A DNA stretch of 62,170 nucleotides, filler included, from Choristocarpus tenellus KU-1152 (GCA_964200185.2; 11 parts of 11 records of this genome joined end to end with filler, not necessarily neighbours in it); one strand, 5' to 3'; positions 37,911 through 52,459 are shown, numbered from the whole stretch's first letter. Notes: generated by a model from the sequence alone, not told the origin. Numbers and translations are program-made.

Positions 37911-40350
37911 CTGTGCAGGGATCAGTTGAGTTGGTGTGTTGGCACACCCATGCATGCACATCCCCCCAGGATCAAAGGTGGGTCGAAAAATCACAGTATT
38001 GAGGTGATGTATTTACAGTAGAAGTATGCACTAATGGAAGAATGATATGATCAGTTCGAAGTGAAATATATTATTTGCAGCAAGGGTTTTCGAGATATAA
38101 GCACATGTAGGCAGCACGCAGGTCAGTAGTACTCTCTCTCTCCCTATCATCAGGGTACGTTACAAAACGTTTGGGGACGTAAGAGGAACACTTGGAACCC
38201 TGAAGGGGCCTATCGCCTTCCAGATATTAGCAAAAATATCTCTCCCCTTACCCATATGTGCTGTGTATCAACTATCCAAAGAGTGCTACCCCGGCAAAAA
38301 AAAGGTAGAGTAAATACATCAACATCATAGGGTAAGGGTAGGATAAGGATCCAAGAAAAAAAAGGTGACACTGGAAAGCCTAGATCGCTCACCAATACCA
38401 ACCTACACACTGGACTTGCATCACACACTACCAATAATACGTGGAGACTATATATCCTAGACGAAACTTGCTCACACACCCCCCTCAGCAGGGGAGGCCA
38501 CCACAGCTGGGGTCTACGCAAGCTAAAAGGCATTTTACCACTACTGTGCTGCCCATTACTACTGTACATACTTTTTGTCAGGAGCACACAAAGAGGCTCC
38601 ATTTTGGTCAATAGTCAAAAGAGCCTAGTTAAGAGTAATGCTCTCAAATGTCTCAGCAACTCGATTGATGCCAACGTGTACCAAGTCGTCCTTGCTGCCT
38701 TGAAACGGTTTTGCCATTCACCGCCCTGCCCTTCTTTCAACCAGCATCGGATTCTCTTTTTCTTTTTTACAGTGTTGGGACATCTTTTTTTTTGACCAGG
38801 GTTTTTGGTGTGCACCTAGTGCGTGACTGGAAGAGCTCTGACCAGGAGGAATTTTAAAATGAGGTCTTTGTTTTCGCACTTATTTGGGGTCCTTTCACAT
38901 CACATGGACCGCAAATGTTAATTTGAACTTTGAATTTGAACCGACCAATCAATTTGAGTTCGCTCTTCAAAATGTTGACAACAGTTTGAGAAAAATTGTT
39001 TGAGGGAGTGAGTTCTACCATCTAATATGTCCAAAGATCAAAATATATTTGACCCAGAGGAGGTAGCACCAGGGAGAGGGGTATTCCACAAGACTAACTT
39101 CTTTTTTTTTTAAACGTAACTAGAAAAATCTAAGACCTTCACGCACTTTCGTAGCGTGCCTCTGCGGTGTCTCTGACCACGGGTTGGGGTAATCCCCAGA
39201 CCAATGAAGAAACAATGAAGAGACATACCTAGAACAATCTGTAAGACTTGAATTGAAGCATCTTCAGAAAACCACCTGGCCTAGTGCCAATTTTCGATAT
39301 TCCAGTTTCAGTCGCTCTCCCCACACCACCACGCCCCCTGAGTGAGTACTGGGCAGAGCCGGTGTTCTGCCCTCTTTCTTTTTTGTCGGTGGTGCAAGGA
39401 GTACGGACACATTCCGCAAAAACGTCCTTGTCGCCAGAGCAGCAATGTTTATTCACTCGAGTGCAAAATGCGTCCATATTCCCTTCACATTAAGTTCGAT
39501 CTCTTTCCTATTTGACTAAAGGGGTCTTGCAGAGGCCTCAATGCCGACCATAGCCTTCCTCCCCCCATGCCACCACCACCTCCTCGCGCACCCCCACACC
39601 AGAAAGCACACCGTCCCCCAAGCAAAAAAAAAGTCCTCATTAAGACCTTCGTTTTTTTTTTCTTCTTTTTTCGTACCTGCGTCTCTGTTCCATTCTTCAA
39701 AAAAACGCACCACTAGCGGTGGTAACCTATCACACAAAAAAAAGACAATAATTGTTCTTCAAAAATTTCCACTTGCACTGCGCAGAGAATAATTTGAAAT
39801 ATATAATTCTCACAAACCCGTATCCTTACACACAATGTGCACAAACAATATCCCCTTTGCGCTGCCTTCAAATATCAGGGGGACAGGGCAAGGGGCAACG
39901 AGGTGACAGCCCGAGGGGCTCCTGTAGTCCATTGCAATAATAATAATAATAATAATAAAAATAAATAAAGGAATCAGCACACCTTTCGCACTTGCCCCTG
40001 TCCCACTTGCAAAGGTCACACTTTATGTGCTCTACATCTAGAGGTCTATGTAGGCTACTTACTGTACCGTGTGAATAAAAATCCCCCCCTATATAACTAA
40101 GACCACTGCTCCTAATCAACAACTCCCACCTGGTCATTTTCTCAACATCAATTGTATTAAAGTGTCAACGTTCAACCTGGCCTCCCTGCCTCCATGGTCC
40201 CGCTTGAGTACGTAACATGTATCTCTTCATCTCTGCTGTGGAACCCCCCCNNNNNNNNNNNNNNNNNNNNNNNNNNNNNNNNNNNNNNNNNNNNTTAATT
40301 AATTAANNNNNNNNNNNNNNNNNNNNNNNNNNNNNNNNNNNNNNNNNNNN

Positions 40351-40587
40351 GAACGATTTTTACCCTGTTTGTCCACTTGGGGCTTGGCTTCCCACAGGTG
40401 TTTTATGAAATTTTTCTACTCCGATATGTTTCGGAGTAAGTAAAATTTATACGTTATGAAAAGGTGTGTGCGGAACAAGGATATTGACACTTCCTAAAAA
40501 CACGATAGTCAAAATTACATCAAAATCGGAACATTGGATTTTGACCCCCAAATGGACGTGGCTCTACCCTCTAAGATACTTTGGCTC
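40351..40587 (+). mobile_element. MITE family B, left end cut by contig edge
   Basis: Ends taccctctaagatactttggctc. Confidence 0.88.
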
Positions 40588-41992
40588 TGTGTTCTACATG
40601 CTCTCGTCCACTTCAATGAGCGAGTTATATATACTTCTTTTCATCATCTGCCTCGTATGGAGAGTTTTTTTTTCTTAAATATTTTACAATGGGCACGGAC
40701 CTTACTCTGATGTGTACTCACCATGCGGTTTCATGAAATGCAATAAATATGCAGGAGGGAATGAAGGAGACAAGAGATTGCATAGGTTACCCTCCTGTGG
40801 CAGGTCCTGTGGAGCAGTTGAAGAATCGCCATGAAAAAGGACAATAGGAGGGGAAAAAAATCAGAGATGTGATGGTGGATTACATCAGAATGTGGAGGGT
40901 GTGACGATGGTGTGGTGTGGTGGCAGTGCTCAAGGGGGGGTTGTCAGGTCCTGTAACGTATTTGGAGCGTGTGTAGGTACTTCTAGCATGGCAACCGGCT
41001 GTGACCATTGCGCTGTTCTGTTGGCACAACTGGTTCTAGTGAAGTCACTGTCTTGTGGCAAGTTAGTTTTGTCATCACAAATTACGTGTAGCCGTTGATA
41101 ACATTCTGTTCTTTGTTTACTTGTATGGTAGGAAGGAGCCCATGGGAAACTGGTTCGAGCTTCGTTTGGCTGGTTTGTTTGTGTGTTTGCATTCGTTCAA
41201 AGGCGTGTGTGTAGGAGTACCTACTGAAAGAGTGGTTTACGGGGTTTATTTGTCGCCTTTGGAAGACTCCATCGAGCTGAATGTGGATAGAGATCAAAGC
41301 TTCTAGATTTGTTTTGTTTTTGTTGTGGTTCTTACAGCTATGTTGGTAATTGTTCTCAAGTCCCCTCCAAGTTTTCATCTACCTATTTTATATTACTTTA
41401 GGTTGGGGTTCCCTTGTGGGTTGGTGGGGGGGTACAGGTTGAGGTTGGCTGGGTGTAGTTTTCACGTTTGCGTAGTAGCAAATCTCGCACATCCCAGCCT
41501 TCAGTTTTGTTATCAGTTACCCCCTTGCGCCGATTTATTCAATTATGCCTTGTGTGGTAGGAGTGGATAACTCAATGGTGCCAAGGCAACGATGCTCTGA
41601 GCTTGCTTTCAGGCTTGTCGTTCAGCTATCTTGTGTGCACCTAACCAAGTTGACCCCCGGTTGTGCCTTCAAACATGCCCTCCTTTCATGAACGGTATTC
41701 CCTCCTGTGGATGAGGGCAATGCTATGTAGAGATGGGATCATGGGCAAGGTGGGCGCAGTTTCCTCGATAACGGTAGACTTCTCGCTTTCAATGTTTGTG
41801 CTGTGGTGCCTAATTTTCAAGCATTTGTTGCTGATGCGCGTGTCGCTCACTGCTGCGTGTTAATCGTTGGCTGCATACATCGTTTTGGTCAGTTACCTCC
41901 CCCTCTCACCAAAGCATCCATTTATCGGCGAGTACGGTCAAACATACAAGAGGGCTACGTGCTACATATTGCTAGCGGATTGTCAACACATT

Positions 41993-42248
41993 GAGTCAAA
42001 GCATTTAAGAGGGTAGGGTTGGCCGTGTCCGTTCGGACTCATAGATATTATGTTGCGATTTTGGTGAATTTGGCTATCGCGTTTGTTAGCAAGTGTAAAT
42101 ATCCTTGCTCCGGACACACCTTTCATAGTCGTACACATTTTATCAGCTCCGAAATCCGAAATGCTCACGCAGAAAACCGAAAAAGGACATAACAACTCGT
42201 GGAAAGCAGAGCCCTGAACGGACAATCGCGGCAAAAAAAATCTACCTA
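41993..42248 (-). mobile_element. MITE family B2, one end decayed
   Basis: gagtcaaagcatttaagagggtaggg; interior matches 22407-22675. Confidence 0.78.
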
Positions 42249-43736
42249 ATTAAAGTTACGGTTCTTTTCCCTAAAATGACTATGTGCTGCTCTCTCAATT
42301 GTTACTGTATTCTTACATTTTGGTCAACGACTTCCCTTTCTCAATGCAGAGCATCTATTTGCCAGTAGGAGTGCCGTGGACACAGAAATACTATGTATCA
42401 AATCGCCGAGAATGTGTTCATCATAGTTATCAGCTTACTTCAGCCACTATGCAATATTGAATGGGCTCATTCCAACGACCTGACTTCTACCACATGAAAT
42501 CCTCCAGTTTTCAATAGTAGTCATGGAATGCACCCTCCAAAGTTTATGAAGCGATCACATGGTACAGCCCATGGAACTTGACCACACAATAATACAATCG
42601 CCTTCCATGACCGCTCCTTATCACCCAAGTCATCGTGGTGACAACTAATTTCTGTATATTGCGGAACATCTTATAACAGCCGCTCACCAAAATTGAGGAT
42701 GGAGCATACTATGGAGGATGAGTTTGACCCAAANNNNNNNNNNGGCACTTTTTAAGGGCCCCTTTTCGAATGGGAATCCATGCCGAAGGTGGTAGTAGGA
42801 CAGTGTGTGGGGGGCGGCAATGATTCCGTTTTATCGTCGTGCACATGTATGCCCTGTGTTGGATTGTTTGCTTGAATAATTAGTGCGGTTGGTGGAATCG
42901 TTTGACTGTCGATGGTGGAGGTGGTAGAATATAATAGTACTTCGAAGTAGTTTTTTTCTGGGAGGCGTTTCATTGTCGTTATGGATGGTTGACTGACTGA
43001 GAAGAAGTGTTATTTTCCCATATTATTAAATTGTTTATCAATTATTGCTATTGTCGCCAAGTAGAAGAAGAAGCTACCACTGAGCCCATATAAGTATTGA
43101 CATTATATGATGATCAACCTCTTTGTACGAATATATCAGTCGTGCCCGAGATATCGTTTGTTGCGATCTGCCCCCCCCCTCCCCACCCTTTCAGATACTT
43201 TGATCTGCATTTATCTATTTTCTCGGGCACGTTGTTGGACTTGTAACACATCGCAGTGGGTGAATGGGGCAAGGGGTAAGTGGGAATCGGTCGCGGGACA
43301 CACGCGGCAGGCAGTAGTGAGCAATATGTTGCTGTCGACAGAAAGACCACGAGGGATAAAAATGATCAACAACGAAATGATCAACAATGGGTTGACTGAC
43401 GATGATGAACCAAACAAAGGAAACTCGGTAACAACTTGTTAGATCAGAAGCGTCATCAGGTGATCACGGAACAACGACAACACTCCATCACCCACCGTTG
43501 GCAATTAACCTCTCTTCTGCTTGGTTGAACCCCATGTAGACCCGCATCATGAAAGCGCGTTCGTGATCAAACTCTCTCTTTAACAGGGGAATCTCAAAAT
43601 TGAGGAAGGCGCGGGACTATGAGGNNNNNNNNNNNNNNNNNNNNNNNNNNNNNNNNNNNNNNNNNNNNTTAATTAATTAANNNNNNNNNNNNNNNNNNNN
43701 NNNNNNNNNNNNNNNNNNNNNNNNCAGACGGGTCCT

Positions 43737-43918
43737 GACCCAAAATATCTGTGGGGAGGGGGGGTTCTACACCAGGGTGTCTACTTGGGTCAAAATCAGG
43801 AAAAGTGCATTTGCATTGTCCATCCGACACATGCAACCAAATCACCATAAAATTGCGACAAGGGAAATTGGACCCCAAATGGACAGCCGCCAACCCCTAC
43901 CCCCAGATATTTTGAGCC
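43737..43918 (-). mobile_element. MITE family A
   Basis: gacccaaaatatctg ... cccccagatattttgagcc. Confidence 0.8.
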
Positions 43919-43949
43919 AGAGAGCCTGCGAGCACGTCTATTGAGAGTG

Positions 43950-44980
43950 TAAGAAAGTGCTGGGGGATGAAAACCAAGAGCTCGTACAGGATCTCCATGA
44001 AGAGTTGGATGAAGTGAAGGCAAATGCCAGCAGGCACCAACTCAAGCTATCTGAAGTGGAGGCCACTCAACGACGAGAAGAGGACAAGGTGCAAGAGTTG
44101 GAACCAAACGTTGAATAGCTAAAATTCTTCTCCGATAGGTGGAAAAGTACGTTGGAATTGAAGGAGACGAAGGTAATAGCATTTGAAGCCCAGTTGTAGT
44201 AGGTGCCTGTTGCGAAGAAAACTGCTGGAGGAGCTTGCTAATGAGCTCCGGGCTGGAAGGGAAGCTGCTACAAAAAAATGTTTGGCTGAGAACCTTGAGG
44301 AGAAGACCCAGAAGGCTATGGAGACAGAAAGAGAGGCTACGGTGACAGAAACTAATTTGTAGAGGCATCCAATTATATTGAAGATCAGAAGTGCTTTTCT
44401 GCAGGTGGCGAGAGAGAGTGAGCTCTCCAGGGGAAATGCAGCGGAAAGGCTGGTTGAAGGCTTAAAAAATATGATAGAGCAGGATACTCTTGTCACAGAC
44501 TCACAATACCAGCAGGTTGGTGCAGATGTTCTACCGACTGCTACATCGTCCTGAGTAACGATGGTCAAGGCACAATAAAAGGAGCGTGTCACCCATTATT
44601 CCAATGCAGGGGGTTCTGGAAGTGTTAAGAAAGCAGTTGTTTGAGGAGTTCGTTGCAGCACGGGGAGTTGTACAGTGCTTGATAGAGCTGAATGAAACGA
44701 TCCTGACTCTGATCCTCGAAAAAGAATCGAAAATGGCCCCAGAAATTGACATGTAGGTCAATGAGACTCTGGATAGGGGAACGAACCTGCGAAAGTAGTA
44801 TGAGGAACAAATGAGTCAGTCGTCCAAGGCTCATAGGACGGAGGTAGCCAAGGCTCGTGAGCTCAAGGCCCAAAACAACATTGCTAGGGTATGTGGTGAG
44901 GAGTTGAAAAGGAAGGTGGTTGTATTACGTACTGCAATTCAAAGATGTGAAGAAAAATGTGAACATTAGTTGAGGGGAAC
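43950..44980 (+). pseudogene. Stop-riddled E/K/A-rich coiled-coil-like coding remnant
   Basis: Purine-rich plus strand translating LEELANELRAGREAA...LEEKTQKAMETERE with several in-frame stops. Confidence 0.3.
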
Positions 44981-45053
44981 ATTCGGTTGAGAGATATAGA
45001 TATTTGCTCTTGCCCAATAAGATACAGTATGTGTATCATACATCACTACCATT

Positions 45054-45299
45054 GAGCCAAAGTAAACTAGAGGTAGCCAAGGTTGCATTTTAGGATCCTG
45101 ATGACAAATGTGCAAAAATCTTTTTTTTCAAATGCGTACTGTGACTTTTCTGCTTCTCCCGAGAATTTTCAGAGAAACGAAGCCTCTCGAGTAAGTTTAG
45201 CACTTCATCCATAGAAATAAGGGTGAATTGCAAAACACGAAAAATGTAGCTTAGAACGCAAACACCCAAAAACTGGTTACCTTTCGTTTACTTCGGCTC
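45054..45299. mobile_element. MITE family C (GAG termini, 26-bp TIR)
   Basis: gagccaaagtaaactagaggtagcca ... tggttacctttcgtttacttcggctc. Confidence 0.8.
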
Positions 45300-46200
45300 G
45301 TTAGTGATAGTACATTCAATACTCAACATGCAGCTTCAACTCAAGAGTACCTACCTAATATGAGATCCCATGGTCACTTTGCCGTTCCAAACTGCAAAAA
45401 TTTACTTGAAGTGCTCTTACTCGAACGAGTTTAGAGTAGTACATATTGCCCTACTTCCCTTGTATTGAGCACGTTCTCAGTGAAAATTCTATCCGCAGGA
45501 GTGTGACCAAGCATGACAGCCCCCCCTCCCCCCTAGTCTCAACTTCTCAATCCTCCAGCTCACAGTTATAACCTCATCAATGTGCTACTTGTCCTCCTCG
45601 CCCCATTGGTCCTGTATGATGATGTCCTGATGAGGTATTTGTTGTTATTTCCAAATTCTCCCGAGTATTATGTTGTATACTATCCAAAATGCTTGGTTAC
45701 TCCACTTCTTCCCACATGGTTCCGTCAAAGAAACCTCCAGTGCAAGCTCACATCACAATTCAAACATGCCCATGATAACATAGTCCTAACTTCCCCATAA
45801 CAAACATCTGCATATGAAATTCAAAGGGTACCTTCAACATTACCCATGTTGACTTTCAGTACATTCTCACCCTCTCCTATTATATCCTGAACATGTTCCC
45901 ACCTCAATTTGATTTATTAACCATTTCCTACTAAAAGCATATATCCTTCTCTGACTGTGAATAATCTTTTTTATGGTCTACGTCAGGTAGTAATTATTGT
46001 GGACTGACCTGAGGAGGAGCCCTCACTGAAACTACAACACCTCAAGAGAGCTGCCAATTGTAAGATTGACCTGACTCAAAGTTCACCATTCTTCCCTATT
46101 CACAACAACAAAACCACTCAATATCCCAGTGGTTTGTGGTAGTGTCAACAAGTATTAGTAGTACCCCCTTTCTATCCTTCTGACATGTAGACTAACCTTG
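45300..46200 (-). mobile_element. Ty3/gypsy 3' remnant (chromodomain-like piece, polypurine tract, LTR start)
   Basis: Minus strand: LHWRF..TMWEE..KHFG..YSGE..NNKY, then a G-rich polypurine tract (45533-45520) followed by TGTCA starting at 45518. Confidence 0.45.
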
Positions 46201-48840
46201 ATGCCTGAGGTAAATTCCATTGCGCATAGAGAATGCCACACTACATGTAGATGAAATGTTTGTTTTGTTGAGGGCAAAAACCAACATTTTTTCACAAGTA
46301 GAACACAAGTATCAGATTTTGTGTGCTGTAAAGTTCATATATATATGTGTTGTAAATATTTTAGAAAGTGACATCATCAAGAGCTTAGTTTTTCCTCATG
46401 AATGCTGCAACCAAAGGAAGCTTCATTGGTGCACCAAAAACGTATTTACCATTCTGAGTTACACAGCAATATATTCCATTCTGATGTGCTGACCTTCCTC
46501 CACACACCCATACCTAAAACAGAATAAGGAGAAGGTTCTGACGTCTTAGGTGTGGCAGTCGGAGAAGGACTGCAAGAGGGAGCAGGCAAGAAACAATCAG
46601 GTACTAACACTGTACATGCAATTCCTTCACTCACGAACAATGTCGAAACAGAAATTGGGATGTTTCGGCGACGGGTAGACACACGTCACCACACACAACT
46701 GCGGAACACATGCTCCTAATACACTTCTCACTGTCTTGTACCCCTATTTTCAGTGCAAGAATCATGCCTTCATGTGGGCAGTTTTGAAAGTTGATCCTAT
46801 CGCAAATCCGCACCGTTTACGTCTTGATATACTGATCTCTGCACACTATTGATTCTCTTCCACCTGCCGTTCATCGCTGTGTGTGTATGTGATGTCATTT
46901 TTCATGGCGATTACCTTTCTTTGACAATACCTCGAACAAGATCTCAGGCGCATAATCTCTACTGTTTGTACTGAGGTGAGGAAAGGATTGGATATTTCAT
47001 TCTCTTTTGTTGTACGATTGCGAAATCTTGATCTTAGACAAGTAGAATGAACGTAATAGTGGATATATCACGTCACTACTTATGGTGTAGGTCGTGAAGA
47101 ACATACAAATTGGTTGTAACACAGGTGCCTGTACAGACTGACACGGGCTATGCTGTCATTTCCTCGAGGAAGGATAGGCATATCAGTGTATCATCCTGCA
47201 CTTCAAAAAAACAAATTAACCACCTCCCATCTGAACCGAGAGGTTAGGTGGTAGGAACTCTCATGTAGATCTTGAACTGTACCACACTGTCCTAGTACAC
47301 ACCTTGGGAGTACTATTTGGTGTTTAGTCTATTAAATATGGTCGCAAGACAACTGTCACTAACTGATCAAATGGAGAATGCCCGGTATGGACTGGAGGCC
47401 ATGAGTCTAAGGCCCAGCACGGCTGATGAGGAGCAAGAACGCCTAGGTAAAGATATGAGTCAGGCCATGCAAAGGACAGAAAATAGGAGAGACAAGACAC
47501 CTGTGGAGAGAAAAGGAGATGTGTGAGAAACGGAGGCCTTTACTCTCTAGGCTAGCTTAAGTTAAAGTCTTCTGGATGCATGTGTAGCTAGTCAGCTTTC
47601 TCTTCTGGCAGGGTTTTGTTGTGAAGATAGTGGAGGTGCGCATGCATGAGTTACGGGATGGTTTTTGGTTGTAAGGGGAGTGAATAACAATGTAGATTCC
47701 CTGTTGTTGCTGTTGATGAAAGATTGTTCCTGCTTGGGCTTGCTTTTTTTTCGCGTGGTAGATATGGAAGGCGTCTTTGAAAGGTGATCTTTCCAGCAGG
47801 GTGGTACTCGGTTGCTGTTTAGCAGCATTGTAGTTGTGATGGCCGGACCAAATAAGACGCATTTTAATAAAATAGCTTTAGAGGCAAGTAGCACTATTGT
47901 TATGTAGGTATTATATTCATGTGCGGAAGCATTTCGGAAAGGAGATGACGACCTCTTATGAAGTGTGCATGATGAGGATAGAGAGGGACCTGCCTGCTCT
48001 TGCCTGGTAATATAGAATTGGAGAACTGTTAGATTGTAAGTGTTCTCCCAATGACGTATGCATGATGGTTCTACTGAGTGAGGGTTTTGCATTGCATTCC
48101 CTCTTCTCTCTTACCCACACCCTGTAAGTTTTTGTGACATTGATTTCACTGCTCGGCATCTCCAACCTCTTGAACATCCCTTCCTACATATTTGTGGATC
48201 AGCAAGTCACATTGCAAAGCATTGCTGGGACTTCTTTTCACAATGCTTTGACCTACTTACTCCTGTTAGTGGAAGTCATTATTCACAGTAGAGGAGATTC
48301 TGACCGATAATTTGTTCTAGTGTGTTGTGAAAATATTATTTTTAGGAGGGTTATAGGGAGGTGATTATCCTCTTTACTATACTTTTTATGTAGAATATAA
48401 TAACTAATTGATGTAGTTCAGTACATCTTCACATGCACTGTTTAAACATTTACATGTGATTGGTGCATCATTAAGGACAGTCAGCAAAGTCTACATACAC
48501 ATGGTCTCAAGTCAACGTCCACCACCAACCCCAAATCCACCTGTCTCTTGACATTCTTGAGTGTAGTGCACGAGGTGGACACCTCACCCTCCAGCTCTTC
48601 CCCATACTTGTTGGCTTTATGGTCCTTGTCCCCTTCTGCATAAGAGCCGCGGACAACCGCTCAGCCAATCTACTCCCTCGTAAGCCGACTCATGCCTCGC
48701 TTCAACTCCCGACCCCAACCATTAACAATGCAGACATTCCTCAGTTTCTGTAACCAACCCCAAAATGGTAGGGGATGTGACAGTCCAATGCCAAACAGAA
48801 AAAAAGTAGAACAACTAGATCAATGCCGGCACATGAACAA

Positions 48841-51800
48841 TCACCACCAGCCCTTCTTCTTTGGCTTTTCCTCTGCGGCCTTTGTGGCCTTCACGACGTT
48901 CTTCTTAGCCCCCCCTATTGCCTTCTTTGGGGCAGCTCCCTTGCTTTCCGGCTGTGATATCTCCTTTTTCTTTCCACCCCCAAAGAACGAAGCAATCTTT
49001 GCCATCACATCAGCATCCTCATCAACGTAACCCTGCACACACAATACAATCGGGTTATTACCAGACATACATGTATGTTCACACCACGTACTCTCTACAA
49101 AACGACCCGGTGATACAGTGTCATCTCCACGTAATACAAGATCAGAGCCTACGAGTTTGAATGCCCCGTGTCTGACCCAGTGGTGCAGTGATACCTCAAA
49201 AAATGTACATAGTTCACCTTCAAGAGATACAGCTTTCTCCTGCTACAGAGTCCTAAACAATGCCCAAATCGTCTCAGTAAATCAATTTGTGCAAATGTTA
49301 CTCTTAAAAATTCTGTGACATCACAGGGGCAAGAGATATTGACATCCCAAGAATATCTTCTAAAAATTACTGTACATAATATGCTCGCAAAATTGTGCTC
49401 AAATTTAGTGCCAACTGCCCTGCAACAAGCCCCGTAACACAGTTGAATCAACCTTTGAGCATCATGGGAACTCAAGGGTCAGCACTGTCAACCTACAGAA
49501 ATATAAGCACTACAGCACCAACAATTCCACTCTCCATTCTCCCACACCTAACAATAGCCCCCTCTTCAACGTGTTCCCTGACAACCAGCCAGATGTCACA
49601 CCAAACTACTTATTGAAAACACAATGACCCAGTTGGATCTGTTTAAGGTGCTGCATGCAATCCAGATTACGTATCAACCTTCTCGCCAGATGACAACAAC
49701 ATGTATCAACAAACAATGAGTAAGACTTTTCCAAGATTGTTGATCAGACCCTGGAGTATAATCTCTCTCAACTGCAACCACAAGCAATGGCAAGGACAAC
49801 CGCTTACACTTGTAAAACAAAAACTATTCTTGACCAACTAACCCTAACATACCTCAACAGCTACTTACATTCCACACAGGACGGAAAACATCCCAGGGCA
49901 CAGACCACCATGAGCACACTGAGACAATTCTATTCACATTATTGTACACCTAGAGGTGCAACCAATTTCTTCCTGCAGTTGAAGACACGAACAGCATGCC
50001 AGTTTCCTATTTCTCCTTTACCAAGCAATAATTCACATGCAAAGAGAAAGTGCACAACAATGAAATGGAAACAAGACTGTGCAACCAAGCACTTCCAACA
50101 CACTAACCTGATCCACGTAAGGGAGGCGTAAGTCGAATCTTGCGCCCTCGTCCCACTTTCCACCCAACCCAAAGCTGCCTCCCACACCAAAGCTAGCCAT
50201 GGGGATGGGGATTCCGCCCTCCTGGTTCTCCTCCTCCTAGTATGACAAAAAGAGTAACCGACAGAGGCAAAATAGCATTTACAGGCATCATGCAGGTGGA
50301 TAAGGAACAAGTGGGGAGCTAATTCAAAAGGAGCCTTTCAAGAGTTAACATATTCCGAAAAGCACAAAGCTATTCATATGGGACACTAGGATAGGGCTTA
50401 CTAGCAAAAGTACAACAATACCAAATCTGAACTGACGTCACCATAGCATCTACGCTGAATCACAATTGCCCGAGCAAGGGTGTGTGTGTGACGGGGTGTT
50501 TATCAGTTAATTCTATTAAACATACGTCTATGTGGAATATCACCCCCAACTGTGAAGTGGACAGAACACAACCTCCTCCTTGCAATGGTTTAAGGATTTC
50601 TTGACATACTAATACACCTCCAGAAAAAAAAGAGGGGTGAGGGGAACCAATGAATAGTCCGCTTCCAAAATTTATGACACAGTAATATATATATACATAT
50701 ATATATGCAACTAGTTCAACTTTGTGGTCAACACCATGTTGCTTGCACTAACCAACTGCAGGTGTGATGCCACACTTCTTGCACCTTGAACATACCACAT
50801 GCACAGGTAGTCAGGTGCTACTGCTATCAATTGCTACAATGAGCAAGATCTTTCTGCAGATATTTGTTTGCTCATACTCGCTGACTTACATCATACACGT
50901 CAGGGATCTTTCCTTCTGCCTTCATCTTCCTCCAGGCAATGATGGGGTCCTTCCCATCGTTGGCACTCTGCCAGCTCCATTGTGCCACCTGTTACCCCCC
51001 ATTTACATTGTCCCAAAACACTTTAAATACATTGCTTAACAACAATCACTTCATGTTTTGTCTTGTTAAACAAGAACTCAGTCCTTCATCCCGATTGCTC
51101 GTATCTCCAACACCTGAATCTCGTTTATACCTTTCAGGTGCATGTTTCAAAGACATGTATCCATACACAATATTCCTATCTGCAGTCGATGTCTTACAAT
51201 TCCAGCACAGAATCACACATTTCTCTGCTACAAACTATGCAGAATAAACACTTGGATATATGGTAATCTCACTTTTTCATCAGCTTTCTTGCGGCGAGAA
51301 TTTACGTCGGCATTGTACTTCTTCATGGCTCCCTTGTCCCTGCACATACGGACAAGGTAAGACGCAGGATTGTTAACAACTTCAACATTTATGGGGGAAA
51401 CGCACGCCATAGGGCTAAAATATTGGGTAGAAACTTGTCACCAACTTGATGTCATGTTGATATACTTTTCAAGAAAGGCAAGTAACATACTGAAGCAACG
51501 AATTCTACATGGGTATATAGTAACGAGTGCCTAAGCAGAACAGAACCCTCCTTGAACTCAGCTGGAGTTGGAGTGAATGAAATTTGGAGGACGCTCAACA
51601 ACCACACGGCCCATAGGTGGAAGCGTGAGTGGGCGATATCAGTGATGAAGTAAACTCATGGTACAGTGTGACCACAGTAGTATCATCATCGTGGGTATGG
51701 CTGAGAAACTCGGTAAAGTTCTTTACAAGAGAGAAATTATAGAAGGCCGCCAATTTTACCCAAAAAATGTGTACTGTTCGTGTGGGCTTAAAATGAATCC

Positions 51801-52459
51801 TTACGGTAGTTCCAGTGCCTTCTTTCTACCGTAAATGGGTGCCTACACTTGAGAAGGTCCAATTTACCTGCGACGCTTGAGTATTGCCTGCTGAGCTTCA
51901 TAGTTATTCTCCTTTTGTGAAGGTCCACTAACAGCCTGCCCAAGGTCAAGGATGTTGTTGATTGCCGGCATTTTGAGTCAGTTACAATTATAGTGCCTAT
52001 AGCGATGGGGAGGTGGGGTATTAGTTACCTGTCAACACAACACACGGTTAAGGAAGCTCCCACGCCACATCTGCAAATGAACGAAGCTTGAACGCAGGGA
52101 TATGCTCAGTTCTATACAAGACGGGTGGGCTGTACAGCCAAAATTTGTGTTTTCGGTCCGGTACTCGCCACGTCCACAACACCAAAACACCTCTCAACAC
52201 ATGAAGAAGACTCTTCAGGAATGGAGACAATGAACAGGCATTTGTAGTTGAAGATGTGCCAGTTCTCGTATCCCGAATAAAGGAAATTTCAACTGTTATC
52301 GAGATTAAGGACTGTCACCTCACGAAACCCATCGAAGAGACCCATCTGTGCTGATGTGTTCCCCCTTAGAGCTCGTGCTCGCATGGGCGTCGGTGCAAGG
52401 AAGGCATTCGAAGTCACCACAATCCCAACGCAGGTCACCAATGCAATAGCCTTCATCAT
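48841..52459 (-). CDS. Complete six-exon gene for an uncharacterised plastid-targeted protein (231 aa); exons 52319-52459, 51868-51935, 51273-51339, 50890-50988, 50108-50236, 48841-49032
   Basis: All junctions GT-AG and phase-compatible (696 nt). N-terminus MMKAIALVTCVGIVVTSNA/FLAP is a signal peptide + ASAFAP-type motif + Arg-rich transit peptide. Core GGIPIPMASFGVGGSFGLGGKWDEGARFDLRLPYVDQGYVDED. Ends KKKGWW*. Confidence 0.88.
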
